Notes: a model not told the origin generated them from the letters alone. A stretch of 64,000 nucleotides of DNA from Polyangiaceae bacterium (GCA_050287085.1 JBNKBE010000018.1:32001-96000); one strand, 5' to 3'; numbered from the stretch's first letter, positions 48,926-59,400 are shown. Numbers and translations are program-made.

Positions 48926-50929
48926 TCAATCGGTGTAGCGCGTGTTCTCCAATAGAATAACGTTGGTGCGGGAACGCGTCTCCCCGGCGCTCGTGACGTA
49001 TACGGCAGGTTGGTCGACCACAGGACACACGTGCTCACAAGCACCGCAACCGATACAAAGGCTGGGGTCGACGTGAGGTCGCTTGACCGTCACCCGTTCC
49101 ATCGCTGGCGACGCCCCGTCTTCTGGCGCGATGGCCGAACGTTTTGAGACTTCAACTTCTTCGACCCAGATGGCCTTTGGTGAAGTCGGACAGAACTCCT
49201 CGCAAACGATGCAAGGCGTAGCCATGGCCCACGGAAGACACCTGCCGTGATCAAACATCGCAGTCCCGATCGAAACCGGACGACGGCCAAGTCCGAGTTT
49301 GGCGGCTTCATCGATCTTCGCGATCGCACCGGTGGGACATACTTGGCCACAAAGAACACACGAGTGCTCACAATAACCCACCCGTGGGATTAGAATTGGC
49401 GCCCACAACCCTTCTGGCCCGGCCTCGAAGAATCCGGGATGCAAAGCGTTGTTCGGACACACCTTCATGCACTCGGCGCAGCGAATACAACGCTCAAGAA
49501 ATTCCTTCTCTTCGACGGCCCCAGGCGGTCGGATCACTCTCGGATGGTAGGCCCCCCCCGGCCAATTGGAGATCCGCATCCCGGGGATAGCCACGATGGC
49601 CGCCGCTGTGGTGGCCAAAGTTGTGCGCCGGCTGAGGGACGGCTTTTCGCGCCGGCTCCGTTTCGTGGGCAGGAAGCGAAACCGAATCACGTCCTCCGGA
49701 CAAGCGTCTACGCAATTGAAGCACAGATGACACTCCGCCTGCTCATGCTTAACCCCTCCCTGCGGGTTGTCCGCGCCCTGGCAGTGGAGCAAGCATAGGT
49801 TGCAGTCCGTACACTTCTCGTGCTGCTTTTCCATTCCCAACAACGAGAACCGCGACAGCACACCTAGCAGCCCGCCCAGGGGACATAACGCGCGACACCA
49901 GAAGCGCGGAACGACTCGATTGAGCGCCAGGACCAAGACGAAGGTCGAGAGCACGAACCACGCGTGATGAAAGTGGTGGGGATTCGGACCAAATACGGCG
50001 TCTGCCAGTTGATCGGAGGCCCAATCCCCGGTGCGCTGCACTACTCCGATATTGCTCGCCGCCAACTCGAAACTGAACGCTGCAGCCGCATACTGAGCAA
50101 GCGGCATTACTGACAGCCCAATCGACCGCACGGCAACGCACATAGGATCGAGCGCGCCCCCGATGGCACTGCCCACGAGCGCCGCAGCCAGGGAGCCCCA
50201 CAATACGTAGTACTTGAGAGCCTGCCACCCTTGTGTCTGATTGATCGCCACTCGTCGTTTGGAGCGGATGTAACGAGAAGGCGCTAGCCAAGCGGTAACA
50301 TGATGTAGGGTTCCGAAAGGGCAGATCCAACCGCAGAACGCACGCCCAACGAGCAGCGTAAGAGCGAGTATGCCCAGACTCCACGCGAGGCCCCGATAGA
50401 CACTGTGTGTCGAAAGCAGAGTAATGGCCGCAATGTAGGGATCGGCAAGGATGAAAGCCTCAACCGGATAGCGCATACGCACCGCGGCACTACCGTCGAA
50501 GGCGCCACGAAACGTAGTGGCTACCAAGAGCCAGACAAAGAGCCCCAAGAAGAAAGCCTGACTGATGCGCCGAAGCCAGACCAACTGACGCGCGGACCGC
50601 TGTCTCTGAGTGCGCGTAGCTGGCGGCGCGAAGAAGCGCTGAAAGCGATCCCTCATATGCGAGAGACCTGAGCGCAATGCCACGAGACGCATCGCCCCAG
50701 CCTTGAACTCGGGCTGCGCTCGATCGCCCGTTTCGGCTGAGCCACGATTGGAACGTCGTCTTGCGACGGGTGACCAGGCCCAAACCGGCCCAGCCGCTTT
50801 GTGGGCACGGACGGCGGCGAGCTGAACAGCCTTGGCTTTGACGCGGAGCTCCACCCCAGGCGGCTCAGATACGTCGAGCCTGGGTACCGGCCCGGGTCGC
50901 GTCAACCAGGAAAGAGGTTCCGGAAGCAT
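48926..50929 (-). CDS. Membrane polyferredoxin (NapH/MauN-like fused to NapG/MauM-like)
   Basis: FCGWICPFG, WCRALCPLG, RPPGA and several CxxCxxCxxxCP motifs; TGATG coupling to the DUF362 gene. Confidence 0.85.
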   Translation of the reverse strand: MLPEPLSWLTRPGPVPRLDVSEPPGVELRVKAKAVQLAAVRAHKAAGPVWAWSPVARRRSNRGSAETGDRAQPEFKAGAMRLVALRSGLSHMRDRFQRFFAPPATRTQRQRSARQLVWLRRISQAFFLGLFVWLLVATTFRGAFDGSAAVRMRYPVEAFILADPYIAAITLLSTHSVYRGLAWSLGILALTLLVGRAFCGWICPFGTLHHVTAWLAPSRYIRSKRRVAINQTQGWQALKYYVLWGSLAAALVGSAIGGALDPMCVAVRSIGLSVMPLAQYAAAAFSFELAASNIGVVQRTGDWASDQLADAVFGPNPHHFHHAWFVLSTFVLVLALNRVVPRFWCRALCPLGGLLGVLSRFSLLGMEKQHEKCTDCNLCLLHCQGADNPQGGVKHEQAECHLCFNCVDACPEDVIRFRFLPTKRSRREKPSLSRRTTLATTAAAIVAIPGMRISNWPGGAYHPRVIRPPGAVEEKEFLERCIRCAECMKVCPNNALHPGFFEAGPEGLWAPILIPRVGYCEHSCVLCGQVCPTGAIAKIDEAAKLGLGRRPVSIGTAMFDHGRCLPWAMATPCIVCEEFCPTSPKAIWVEEVEVSKRSAIAPEDGASPAMERVTVKRPHVDPSLCIGCGACEHVCPVVDQPAVYVTSAGETRSRTNVILLENTRYTD

Positions 50930-51948
50930 CAGACCACCGTCCAACGCAAACGCGTATGATCGCTCACTCCGAGCCCTCGCTGCTCAGCGAGACGCATATA
51001 GCCTACGGCTTCGGGTTTCACTCCGATCAGTTGACACGCGTAGGCGTCGGCTGCGACCTGATCGACAGAAGCAACCACTTGATGCATCGCACGTGCGTCG
51101 TCCAAGTTTCCGCCCTGCGGTCCGTTTCGCACCAACACGCGGGTGGCATCCAGCACCGTCAAGGTGGGGCGCATGAACGTTGCCAAGTCGGCGATCGACA
51201 CGTGAATATTCTGATGCAAGCGGTTGCGACGACCCCCAAGCAATCCGTACCAATTCTTCATCGCACCGGTGTAGGCGCACAGATTGTGCTGCTTCGCGAC
51301 CGGTACGTTGATGACTTTGTCTGCCTCGAGCAAAGGCGTATAGACGGGCCAGCTATCGAGCAACTCTCCCTGAATGCGGAGCTCGCGAAAACGATGCTGA
51401 GCCGGCAATACGACCTTTGCCCCTGCCTCGTGGGCGCTCTTCCAGATCCCGCTGCGAAGAAACGACCGCCGCGCGTCGTTGCAAGACGCGTCCGTCACCA
51501 CAACGTGGCGGGCGCCTGCGCTCACACACGCTTCGACCACGGCCCGGACGACCTCGGGGTTGGTATTGGCCGCATGGACCGGCAAACGGTCCCAACCGAT
51601 GTTCGGTTTGATTGCCACCACGTCTCCCGGCGCGACGAAGCGCTCCATGCCGCCGAGAGCCGCCAGGGCCAGCCGAACGAGTTCCGCAGGAGATTCGCTG
51701 GAGGTCGCCACGGCAAGCTCGACGGGCAAGTCCGCACGCTTGGCCGCCGTGAAGTCGCGAACCTGCTGCACCCCCGAGTCCCGCGCCTGTTGCCCGCCTG
51801 CATCAAAACGCAGCGCCGCAAGCGCCCCGGCCCCGCCCAATATGCACGTGGCTCGGGCGATGCGCACCAGCGCGTCTCGCCTCGCGACGATCTCGGAAGA
51901 CTCCTTTGGGGGCAGACGCACGCCACGCCACCTTTTCAAGGTCTGCAT
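50929..51948 (-). CDS. DUF362 domain protein with twin-Arg-like leader
   Basis: LGGMERFV..GD.VAIKPNIGWD, ANTNP, INVPVAKQH, AMKNWYG, D.VAADA; RRDAL leader. Confidence 0.85.
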   Translation of the reverse strand: MQTLKRWRGVRLPPKESSEIVARRDALVRIARATCILGGAGALAALRFDAGGQQARDSGVQQVRDFTAAKRADLPVELAVATSSESPAELVRLALAALGGMERFVAPGDVVAIKPNIGWDRLPVHAANTNPEVVRAVVEACVSAGARHVVVTDASCNDARRSFLRSGIWKSAHEAGAKVVLPAQHRFRELRIQGELLDSWPVYTPLLEADKVINVPVAKQHNLCAYTGAMKNWYGLLGGRRNRLHQNIHVSIADLATFMRPTLTVLDATRVLVRNGPQGGNLDDARAMHQVVASVDQVAADAYACQLIGVKPEAVGYMRLAEQRGLGVSDHTRLRWTVV

Positions 51949-52117
51949 TCACCGGTCAAGTGCTGTGTCTTCGCCCGCGCTCGAAGCGCCGTGCTGGATT
52001 CGGCCAGCGCCGGTCGCTTCACTGCGAACTCCGCCACAACTTCGTAGGCACTGAATGCACGAGCAGACTTGGACCCCGAGCGGCGATATCCGACCCAACA
52101 AAAAGCGAAACACACCC

Positions 52118-52146
52118 TTGATGCTCAGCGCATCGGGTATTAGTTT
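52118..52146 (+). promoter_or_regulatory. Sigma70-like promoter for rpmE
   Basis: TTGATG-N17-TAGTTT ending 35 bp before the rpmE ATG. Confidence 0.5.
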
Positions 52147-52181
52147 CCCGCCTCCCTCGCTCTCGCGCGGAAAGTGGCACC

Positions 52182-52388
52182 ATGAAACCGGAAACCCATC
52201 CCAAGTACGAAGTCGTCGACGCGCGCTGCGCCTGCGGCAGCAAGTTTTCCACGCGTTCTACGCTTTGCTCCGAGCTAACTGTCGATATTTGCTCGGAGTG
52301 CCATCCGTTCTACACAGGCAAGCAGCGCCTCGTGGACACGGCCGGTCGCATTGAGCGCTTCCGCAAGAAGTTCAATCTGCCGACCTAG
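52182..52388 (+). CDS. rpmE: 50S ribosomal protein L31 (Zn-binding type)
   Basis: [34 protein letters not shown]. Confidence 0.97.
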   Translation: MKPETHPKYEVVDARCACGSKFSTRSTLCSELTVDICSECHPFYTGKQRLVDTAGRIERFRKKFNLPT

Positions 52389-52481
52389 CACCAAGAGGGA
52401 ACCGGCTTTCGAAGCGTCACAGGCTGCGAGCATCATCCGGGTGCCTGCCGCCGACGCCGCAGAAATGAAAGTCCAGGTTCC

Positions 52482-52512
52482 AGAGGGCAATTCGTTGGAG
52501 TTGCCCTCTTTC
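52482..52512 (+). terminator. Hairpin between rpmE and prfA, possible terminator
   Basis: AGAGGGCAATTC-GTTG-GAGTTGCCCTCT followed by a short T run. Confidence 0.5.
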
Positions 52513-52692
52513 CGCAGCATGTGCTGCATCAGCCGTCCAGCATCGAGCCGACTCCGGCGCGGGCTGAGACGGCTTTGTGCGTTTCGCCGCGTTGCCCCTC
52601 ACAACCTACCTATCGGCCCCCAGAGCCCGTGTGGTGTGCTGTTCAGACAGTTTGAGGCGGCCGCTCTGAAAACCAGATAAGCTGAGCATCCG

Positions 52693-53766
52693 ATGATCCC
52701 CGTCGAAAAACTCGAAGCCTTGAGCCGCCGGCAGGCAGAGCTCGAGCAGCTAATGTGCGATCCCGGCGTGATCGCCAATCCCAAGAAGCTCCAAGACATG
52801 AATCGCGAGCGGCAGCACCTGCTTCCGATCGCACAGGCGTTTGAACGCTGGCAAGACTTGAGCAAACAGATCGCCGACGACCGCGCCGCGCTCGATGACC
52901 CCGAGCTCGGCGAGCTCGCCGCCGAGGAGCTCCCCGAGCTAGAGCGCTCCCAGGCCGACCTGGAGCGAGAAATCCAGTTCCTCCTGCTGCCGAAGGACCC
53001 CAACGACGGCAAGAACGTTGTGCTCGAGATCCGAGCGGGGACCGGTGGCGAGGAAGCTGCACTATTCGCCGCGGATCTGTTTCGAATGTATGCTCGCTAC
53101 GCGGAATCAAGACGTTGGAAGCTGGAGATCTTGAGCAGCAGCGAAGCTGCCGCAGGTGGCTATAAGGAAGTGATCGCGCTGGTTTCGGGTGACCGTGCCT
53201 ATTCGGGCCTCAAGTTCGAAAGCGGCGTCCACCGAGTGCAGCGCGTTCCTGCGACCGAGGCGCAAGGCCGGGTACATACATCAACGGCTACCGTTGCGGT
53301 GATGCCGGAGGCGGAGGATATCGAACTCGAGATCCCCGACAAGGATCTACGCTTCGACATCGCGATGGCGGGGGGCCCCGGTGGACAGGGCGTCAACACG
53401 ACTTATAGCGCCGTGCAGGTGACTCACCTACCAACGGGCATGATCGTCAAGTGTCAGGACGAGCGCAGTCAAATCAAGAACAAGGCTCGAGCTCTCAAAG
53501 TACTCAAGAGTCGACTGCTGGCATTGGAGCAGCAGAAGGCTGCAGACGAAGCCCGTGACGAACGACGCGGTATGGTGGGCAGCGGTGAACGTTCTGAAAA
53601 GATCAGGACGTACAACTTCCCGCAGAATCGCATCACCGACCATCGCATTGGGCTGACGCTGCACCGACTGGATCAAGTTATCCAGGGTGACTTGGAAGAA
53701 CTGATCGCAGCGGTTGTCTCCTCGTACCAGGCAGAGCAGTTGCGAGGTCACGAAAAGGACTTCTGA
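52693..53766 (+). CDS. prfA: Peptide chain release factor 1
   Basis: EIRAGTGGEEAALFA, HRVQRVPATE (PxT), GPGGQ, RTYNFPQNRITDHRI. Confidence 0.97.
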   Translation: MIPVEKLEALSRRQAELEQLMCDPGVIANPKKLQDMNRERQHLLPIAQAFERWQDLSKQIADDRAALDDPELGELAAEELPELERSQADLEREIQFLLLPKDPNDGKNVVLEIRAGTGGEEAALFAADLFRMYARYAESRRWKLEILSSSEAAAGGYKEVIALVSGDRAYSGLKFESGVHRVQRVPATEAQGRVHTSTATVAVMPEAEDIELEIPDKDLRFDIAMAGGPGGQGVNTTYSAVQVTHLPTGMIVKCQDERSQIKNKARALKVLKSRLLALEQQKAADEARDERRGMVGSGERSEKIRTYNFPQNRITDHRIGLTLHRLDQVIQGDLEELIAAVVSSYQAEQLRGHEKDF

Positions 53767-54203
53767 TGACGAGCGGGGGCGAAGCAAACGCAGACGCAGC
53801 GGGTGTGGCTCATCTGAGTCCTGATGCTGTATTGTGCGCCTTGGTACTGCTACCCACCGCACTTTCCAGAAACCGATTCTTCGCGCTATACGAGGACCCG
53901 GCGCTGCGCCGGGTCCGTAAGCGCGCCGCTCGCCTGCGAGCGCTTATCCGACAGATTCTGGGACAGGGACGCGAGCCCGCCCAAATCGTGGGAGAACAGG
54001 AAGTCGATGATCGCGTGCTGCTGCGCATGCAGATCCCGTCGCTCGGCTACCGCCGGACGACCTCACTCACGGTCCTGGAAGCGTCGATCTTGCGCTACGC
54101 GCTTTCACGCAAGCGCGGCGACCCACTGCGCGGTCAAGACCGTGCTCGCGTAGAAAGGGCGCTCGGTCATTGGGGTGCGACCCTGGGCGCCGCGGCCGTT
54201 TAG
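53766..54203 (+). CDS. Hypothetical protein coupled to prfA
   Basis: TGATG overlap with the prfA stop; 145 aa, basic. Confidence 0.65.
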   Translation: MTSGGEANADAAGVAHLSPDAVLCALVLLPTALSRNRFFALYEDPALRRVRKRAARLRALIRQILGQGREPAQIVGEQEVDDRVLLRMQIPSLGYRRTTSLTVLEASILRYALSRKRGDPLRGQDRARVERALGHWGATLGAAAV

Positions 54204-54330
54204 GGGGAGCGCTCGGGTGGGCACAGTCTGAACCGCTCCGCCCCGGCACTTGTCCCGACAGCCGGATGCGACCACGCTCCCGGCGTGGCGTGGGTACACA
54301 GCCGGCCCAAGAGACTGCTATGCCAGCAAC

Positions 54331-54723
54331 GTGAGAAGCAAGGCCACAGCGATATTCGCAATTGTCGTCTGCAGCGCCGCGGCCTGCGGCGGGACGCCCC
54401 GCGGCGGAAACGCCACCCACCCTCGAGACGTCCCTTCGCAAGCCGTCCCAAGCGAAGAGCCCAGCGAGTCGTTGCTGCTTGAGGGTGATCCCGCACCTCC
54501 AAGCGAAGAGCCCCAGGTGACGGCCACCACCTGTGACGGATCGATGTGCAACCCCTGTGGCGACGCCCTTTGCCCCACCGGCTTTCTGTGCGAGGAGGCC
54601 CAGTCGAGCTGCATGTGGTTACCCCAATGCGGGGAGTCCCCCTCGTGTGCCTGCGTGAAGCAGCAATTGCCAGACTGCAGCTGCAACGAACGTCAGGGGC
54701 AACCCATCATCCGCTGCGAGTAG
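54331..54723 (+). CDS. Small Cys-rich putative lipoprotein
   Basis: GTG start; AIFAIVVCSAAA-C-GG; Cys-dense C-terminal domain. Confidence 0.65.
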   Translation: MRSKATAIFAIVVCSAAACGGTPRGGNATHPRDVPSQAVPSEEPSESLLLEGDPAPPSEEPQVTATTCDGSMCNPCGDALCPTGFLCEEAQSSCMWLPQCGESPSCACVKQQLPDCSCNERQGQPIIRCE

Positions 54724-54745
54724 CTGCGTGCCGACGGGTTCCGGT

Positions 54746-56899
54746 TTACGGCTTGGTCACCAGCACAATCAAGTGCGGCGAGCTAGCACCAAAAAAGACC
54801 CCCGGAGTCGCAACCTGACCGGTCACTTCCGCCACTCGAAATCCAACCTGGTGCAGAAGGCGGCCCAATTCATGCAAACCGTAGAGCCGCATGGCGTAGA
54901 CGAACTCTCGATTGTGTCCGTCGTCAAACATCATGGTCCGCTTGACAACCATGCGACTGGTGATGAAGTCGAGATGCATGTCGTCCATACAGACGCAGCC
55001 GTCCCCCTCAAACCAAGCTTGGCTCGGTTGATGAAGCGCCACCCTGTCGCGATTGGGCACGTCTAAGAGAAACGACCCTCCCGGCTTGAGTGCACGAAAA
55101 ATGCTCTCAAGCACCGCCAGATTGCGCTCTTCATCAAAGTAGCCAAACGTTGCGTTCCAACACAACACTCCATCGAACGCGTCGCTATAGGGGAGGTCAC
55201 GCATGTCTCCCTGCTCGAATGCAACACCGGGCTGCTCAAGGGCTCGCTCGTTGGCTCGAGCTAGCATCGCGGTGGAATAGTCAAGCCCTACAACGCTCAA
55301 GCCACGCTGCGCCAGACCTGCCGCATATCGGCCATCCCCGCACCCCAGGTCCAAGACCCTCGCCCCCGCCTCGAGTCCCAGGGATTCTTCGATGAAGTCG
55401 AGTTCGGTCTCCAATTGCGCTGCCGTTAGGGGCAGTGAAGCGCGCGCAAACTCCTCGGTGAAGAAGTCCTCCCACCACTGCCGGCGACGCTCGCCCTCCG
55501 CCAATGGCTGTGTGTCGCCACCGCGTTGACCGGAGCGGGGTGAACGACGGGGAGGAGCCGGGCGCTGATCCAGCGCGTCCTGCCCCCTGACTTCAGCATT
55601 GGATGTCGGTGTGGGCTCCAGCTCAACCTCGTCGTCGTCGAGATGAGTCACAACCGGAATGCCTGTGGGAGGCGTAAGCACCGGCTCGAGGCTGAGCGCC
55701 ACCTCATCGTCAAAGCCGTCAAAGTCGATGTCCACGTCGGCCGCCCCAGTCTGGCGCCGGGCGGCGGTGACCGAGCGCAGTTCCGGATCGGGCGCGGCAG
55801 GCGTCGCGGCCGCACTCGCTCCGGAGGACATGGCGCCTGCTGGCGATTCAACCTGCCCGGCAGAGCCCCCGGGCTCCTTCCCTCCAAGACCGCTCATTTC
55901 TTCGGGACGCACCGCCGGAACCTCAAGCGGAGTAGGCGATTCTGAGCGACGAGGTTGCTGGAGCTGGGTGCGCTCTTCGAGCTCGCGCGCCGCGTACACC
56001 GATTGCTCGGCGGAAGCGCTGACTACATCCCCGGGAGGTGGGCGCAGCGGCGCCGCCGGCTCCGGAACGGTGGATACCGTTGAAGAGCTCCCCGCAGCGA
56101 CCGATGGGGCAGCACCATAGTCCATTGGTTCGGGGCCCGCTACCGGAGGAAATGAATCCGGAACGTCCGCGTCGTAGGCTTCATCAAGCCCTGGCTCGGC
56201 GAATGGAGCCGCCGGTACACTTGGCGCAGCCGCCCCACCCACCGCCCCCGACGCGAGCGCAGCGGTGTCCCAGCTTGCGCTCACTGCCTGCTGTGGCATT
56301 ACACCGTCAGCGCTTTGGACGGGTAGCCCCGCGTGAGGCGCTGTCCCAGGCTCCGAAGACGGCACAACCTGCGTCGGGGACTCATCTTCGACGACAGGCA
56401 CGAGAGCCGGCAATGACGCTCGCGCAGGTGAAACCGTCGCAGGTGACACCGACGCGGGAATGGCCAGCCCGGGTAGAGCAGGTGGTGGTCCCTTGGCTCC
56501 CCCGCCCACCTCAATGATGCGCATGGGCATCACCGCTGAGCCAAAAGAAGGGGAACGCGCGGAGCCGGGCTTCGGAGGTGGTGGTGCAGAACGACCGAGG
56601 GGTCGCAAGGACGTTCTATCGCCCATAGGCGGTGGCATGGGCGGAGCTGCAACCGATGTCGTAAGGGCGTCCGCGCCGGTCAAGTCTGAGGCGGACTCGA
56701 ACGCATCGCGTGCCTGGGACGGGCTCTTAAATCCGCCGGCTTGCCCGTCAGCGTCTTGCACCGCGTCGAGCGAGTCATCGCTCGGATGGGGAACGCGAAA
56801 CGACGGTGCCCCGTCGGCAGGTGCCGGATTCGACGAACGACGCGGCAGTACCGCGTGCAGCCCATCTAGTTCGGGCGCTTTGGGATCGTCCTCTGTCAT
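54746..56899 (-). CDS. Class I SAM methyltransferase with long Pro/Ala/acidic N-terminal region
   Basis: VLDLGCGDG, GLDYS, QGDMR, LKPGG in the last ~250 aa; TGATG coupling to psd. Confidence 0.85.
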   Translation of the reverse strand: MTEDDPKAPELDGLHAVLPRRSSNPAPADGAPSFRVPHPSDDSLDAVQDADGQAGGFKSPSQARDAFESASDLTGADALTTSVAAPPMPPPMGDRTSLRPLGRSAPPPPKPGSARSPSFGSAVMPMRIIEVGGGAKGPPPALPGLAIPASVSPATVSPARASLPALVPVVEDESPTQVVPSSEPGTAPHAGLPVQSADGVMPQQAVSASWDTAALASGAVGGAAAPSVPAAPFAEPGLDEAYDADVPDSFPPVAGPEPMDYGAAPSVAAGSSSTVSTVPEPAAPLRPPPGDVVSASAEQSVYAARELEERTQLQQPRRSESPTPLEVPAVRPEEMSGLGGKEPGGSAGQVESPAGAMSSGASAAATPAAPDPELRSVTAARRQTGAADVDIDFDGFDDEVALSLEPVLTPPTGIPVVTHLDDDEVELEPTPTSNAEVRGQDALDQRPAPPRRSPRSGQRGGDTQPLAEGERRRQWWEDFFTEEFARASLPLTAAQLETELDFIEESLGLEAGARVLDLGCGDGRYAAGLAQRGLSVVGLDYSTAMLARANERALEQPGVAFEQGDMRDLPYSDAFDGVLCWNATFGYFDEERNLAVLESIFRALKPGGSFLLDVPNRDRVALHQPSQAWFEGDGCVCMDDMHLDFITSRMVVKRTMMFDDGHNREFVYAMRLYGLHELGRLLHQVGFRVAEVTGQVATPGVFFGASSPHLIVLVTKP

Positions 56900-57720
56900 C
56901 AGTCCCGCCCGAGGCTTTCTCCGTACAAGATGGGACCCGTCGCCCGAGACAGCCGCCCTCGTTTTTCAAAGAACGCCACCACCGTTGAACCGAGGTGAAA
57001 GGTTCCGATCTCGTCGCCTTGCGCGACAGCAAGGGGGGGTTCGATCGGGTGGTCTCCGACGGGAACCGCCGGAGCATCGATGGCCGTCACCGAAATACGC
57101 CCCACGATCGTCGCACCGACCATCACGACAGTAACGCGACCCAGATCCGGAGTATCGATCACAATGGCCACGCGCTGGTTGCGTACAAACAAGCCCGGAA
57201 CGTGCCGCTCACCGATGGAGTTCACCGGGTAGAGATCCCCTGGCAGCGAACGAATGGTGCTCACCTGCCCCGCCACGGGCGCGTGCACGCGGTGGTAATC
57301 CCGGGGATGCAGGTAGATGACAATGAACTCGCCATCACTGTAGCGCGGCGCATCATCTTGAGAGCCCACCAACTCGGCCACGCCATAGTCCCGACCCTTG
57401 ACGCGAATGCTGGTGCCGTCGTGCACGTCTCCCACAGCCACGACCTTGCCGTCAGAAGGACTGATCACCGGAGCGTCGTCGAGTGGACGCGCCCCCGAAC
57501 GGAGCCGACGCGTAAAGAACTCGTCAAATGTACGGTACGGACCCGCCTGAGGTTCGGCCTCTTCCAAATCGACGCGGTAAGCACGCGCGTAGATGCGGGA
57601 GGCAACCTCAGAAAGAACCGGGGGGATCTCCTGCTCGCACAGGCGGCCGACAGCGCGACTCAGTTTGACGCGGGGAATGAGCCTGACGAGTTGAGCGGCG
57701 GCGTAGGATGAAACGGTCAA
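56899..57720 (-). CDS. psd: Phosphatidylserine decarboxylase proenzyme
   Basis: FFTRRL..GARP, SPSDG, YLHPRDYHRVHAP, FHLGSTVV self-cleavage motif. Confidence 0.93.
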   Translation of the reverse strand: MTVSSYAAAQLVRLIPRVKLSRAVGRLCEQEIPPVLSEVASRIYARAYRVDLEEAEPQAGPYRTFDEFFTRRLRSGARPLDDAPVISPSDGKVVAVGDVHDGTSIRVKGRDYGVAELVGSQDDAPRYSDGEFIVIYLHPRDYHRVHAPVAGQVSTIRSLPGDLYPVNSIGERHVPGLFVRNQRVAIVIDTPDLGRVTVVMVGATIVGRISVTAIDAPAVPVGDHPIEPPLAVAQGDEIGTFHLGSTVVAFFEKRGRLSRATGPILYGESLGRD

Positions 57721-57774
57721 GGGGGTCCTCTGAAGAGATATCCCATCAATCGTAGGGCGGAAGTCGCCTACGGG

Positions 57775-59400
57775 TCAATCATCGAGCCGGCGCCGAGCCG
57801 CATTGCAGAGTTTGCGTCGCACCGGGTCGGCGGGTAGAGAAAGCGGCCCGTCGGCGCGCTCATTGGGTGCAGAATCCTGGGAAGCGCCGGCGTCCGCGAC
57901 GGGCATCGACACAAGCGAGCGGGTGTCTTGGCTATGCCCCTCACAAGCGGCGGCCTCCCCCAGCGGATCAACGGCGATCGCCAACTCAAGAAGACCCTCG
58001 CTAGGGGCCCCGCGTTCCTGGGCAAGCCGGCCGCGCAGTCCGAGCCACGCGCCGTGCAAACGTTCCACTTCGTCAATCGTCCCCAAGCGTTCGTCCACTT
58101 CCGACCGGGCCAGGGCCATTGCCAAAGCCGCTACACGATAGCGCACCGCCGGAATGCGAGGGGCTGAGCGCGAGGCGTCATCATAATAGCTAAGCGCCAG
58201 CTCCGCTTGTTCTGCCTCCCGGAGCAGATCACCCAGGCGTACGGATTGTATCACCGGCCTCTTGGCCGCATGAGCTTCCGGCACCTCCTCGACCGAAGGT
58301 GGCTTGTCGGGAGCGGAAAGCAGATGGCGCTGCCATTCGACGATCCAGAACGCGAGTGGATAACCCGTCACCGCTTGCATCGCAAGATTCGCATCCCGCG
58401 TGGCCAACCCGCGCAGGTCCGCGAGCAGTAGTGTGAGCGCTGCGCGGCCATTGCGCGCGATCCAATAGCCCATGAAGCTCTCCACCTCGGCGTACGAGAT
58501 CCCCGCAGCCTCCGGTGTGGGCAACATGGCGATGGACGGCCCGATGCGATCGACGCCCACCGAAGTCCCCTGAAGTAGGGCATTGCGCGCGATGTCGTCG
58601 GCTACACGCTCCTCGTCAAAGGGGCGCGCCGGACGCCAGCGCGTTTCTTCGCGCTTAGCAACGCCTTCCTGCAACCACAACGGCGCAAAGTCCCCGCTGC
58701 CGCGACTGAGCACCAGGTGAGTGATTTCGTGGGCGAGGGTGTCCTGCCACGGGTAGCCGTGAAGCGCTGCCCGCGGCGACAGCATGGTCACCCGGCCCCA
58801 ACGCGCCACGGCGACCGTACCGGTGGTTTCAGCAGCTTCCACCGGGAGCCCACTGACACTTGCCAACGAATAAAGATCGCGGACGAGATCGATCCTGAGC
58901 GGTCTCGGCAAAGTGATTCCGAGGTCGCGCTGCAACGTTTCGCGAGCAGCTACGGCCACCGCGGCAAGCGGTTCAGCCAGCACCTCGTCGCGACTATCTT
59001 GGAAGCGCAACCAAACGCCCCGCGCGCTGTCTTCAACGACGGTAGCGCCGGCCGTCGCGCGCGCACAAGTTCGGGCCAATTCCGCCAGTTGCTGCGTCTC
59101 CACCGACGGTGCAACGGCACCGAGAATCGCCTCCGCCGTGTCGCAATCACCGACGTAGATGGCCAATCTGGCGCGCTGCAAGGCAAGACCTGGGGAATCA
59201 CCGCGCATGCGCTCGATCAAGGCTTTGGCCAACTCGACGTCGAGTTCCGTGATGGCACTCGCGATGGCCGACACCCCGCCCCCTTCGGCCGCGGATGGAA
59301 CTAGCTCCGCCCGAGCTCTCGCGGGCAAGCCCATAACCCAGAGGGCCACGAGCAGCCACGAAAGGTGGCGCAAGAGGAGACCGATCGCCTGCGGTGTCAC
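57775..59400 (-). CDS. Exported peptidase MA-like metallopeptidase with TPR-like segments
   Basis: Signal peptide; TLAHEITH...PLWLQEGVA; GTGA overlap with the upstream gene. Confidence 0.75.
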   Translation of the reverse strand: MTPQAIGLLLRHLSWLLVALWVMGLPARARAELVPSAAEGGGVSAIASAITELDVELAKALIERMRGDSPGLALQRARLAIYVGDCDTAEAILGAVAPSVETQQLAELARTCARATAGATVVEDSARGVWLRFQDSRDEVLAEPLAAVAVAARETLQRDLGITLPRPLRIDLVRDLYSLASVSGLPVEAAETTGTVAVARWGRVTMLSPRAALHGYPWQDTLAHEITHLVLSRGSGDFAPLWLQEGVAKREETRWRPARPFDEERVADDIARNALLQGTSVGVDRIGPSIAMLPTPEAAGISYAEVESFMGYWIARNGRAALTLLLADLRGLATRDANLAMQAVTGYPLAFWIVEWQRHLLSAPDKPPSVEEVPEAHAAKRPVIQSVRLGDLLREAEQAELALSYYDDASRSAPRIPAVRYRVAALAMALARSEVDERLGTIDEVERLHGAWLGLRGRLAQERGAPSEGLLELAIAVDPLGEAAACEGHSQDTRSLVSMPVADAGASQDSAPNERADGPLSLPADPVRRKLCNAARRRLDD

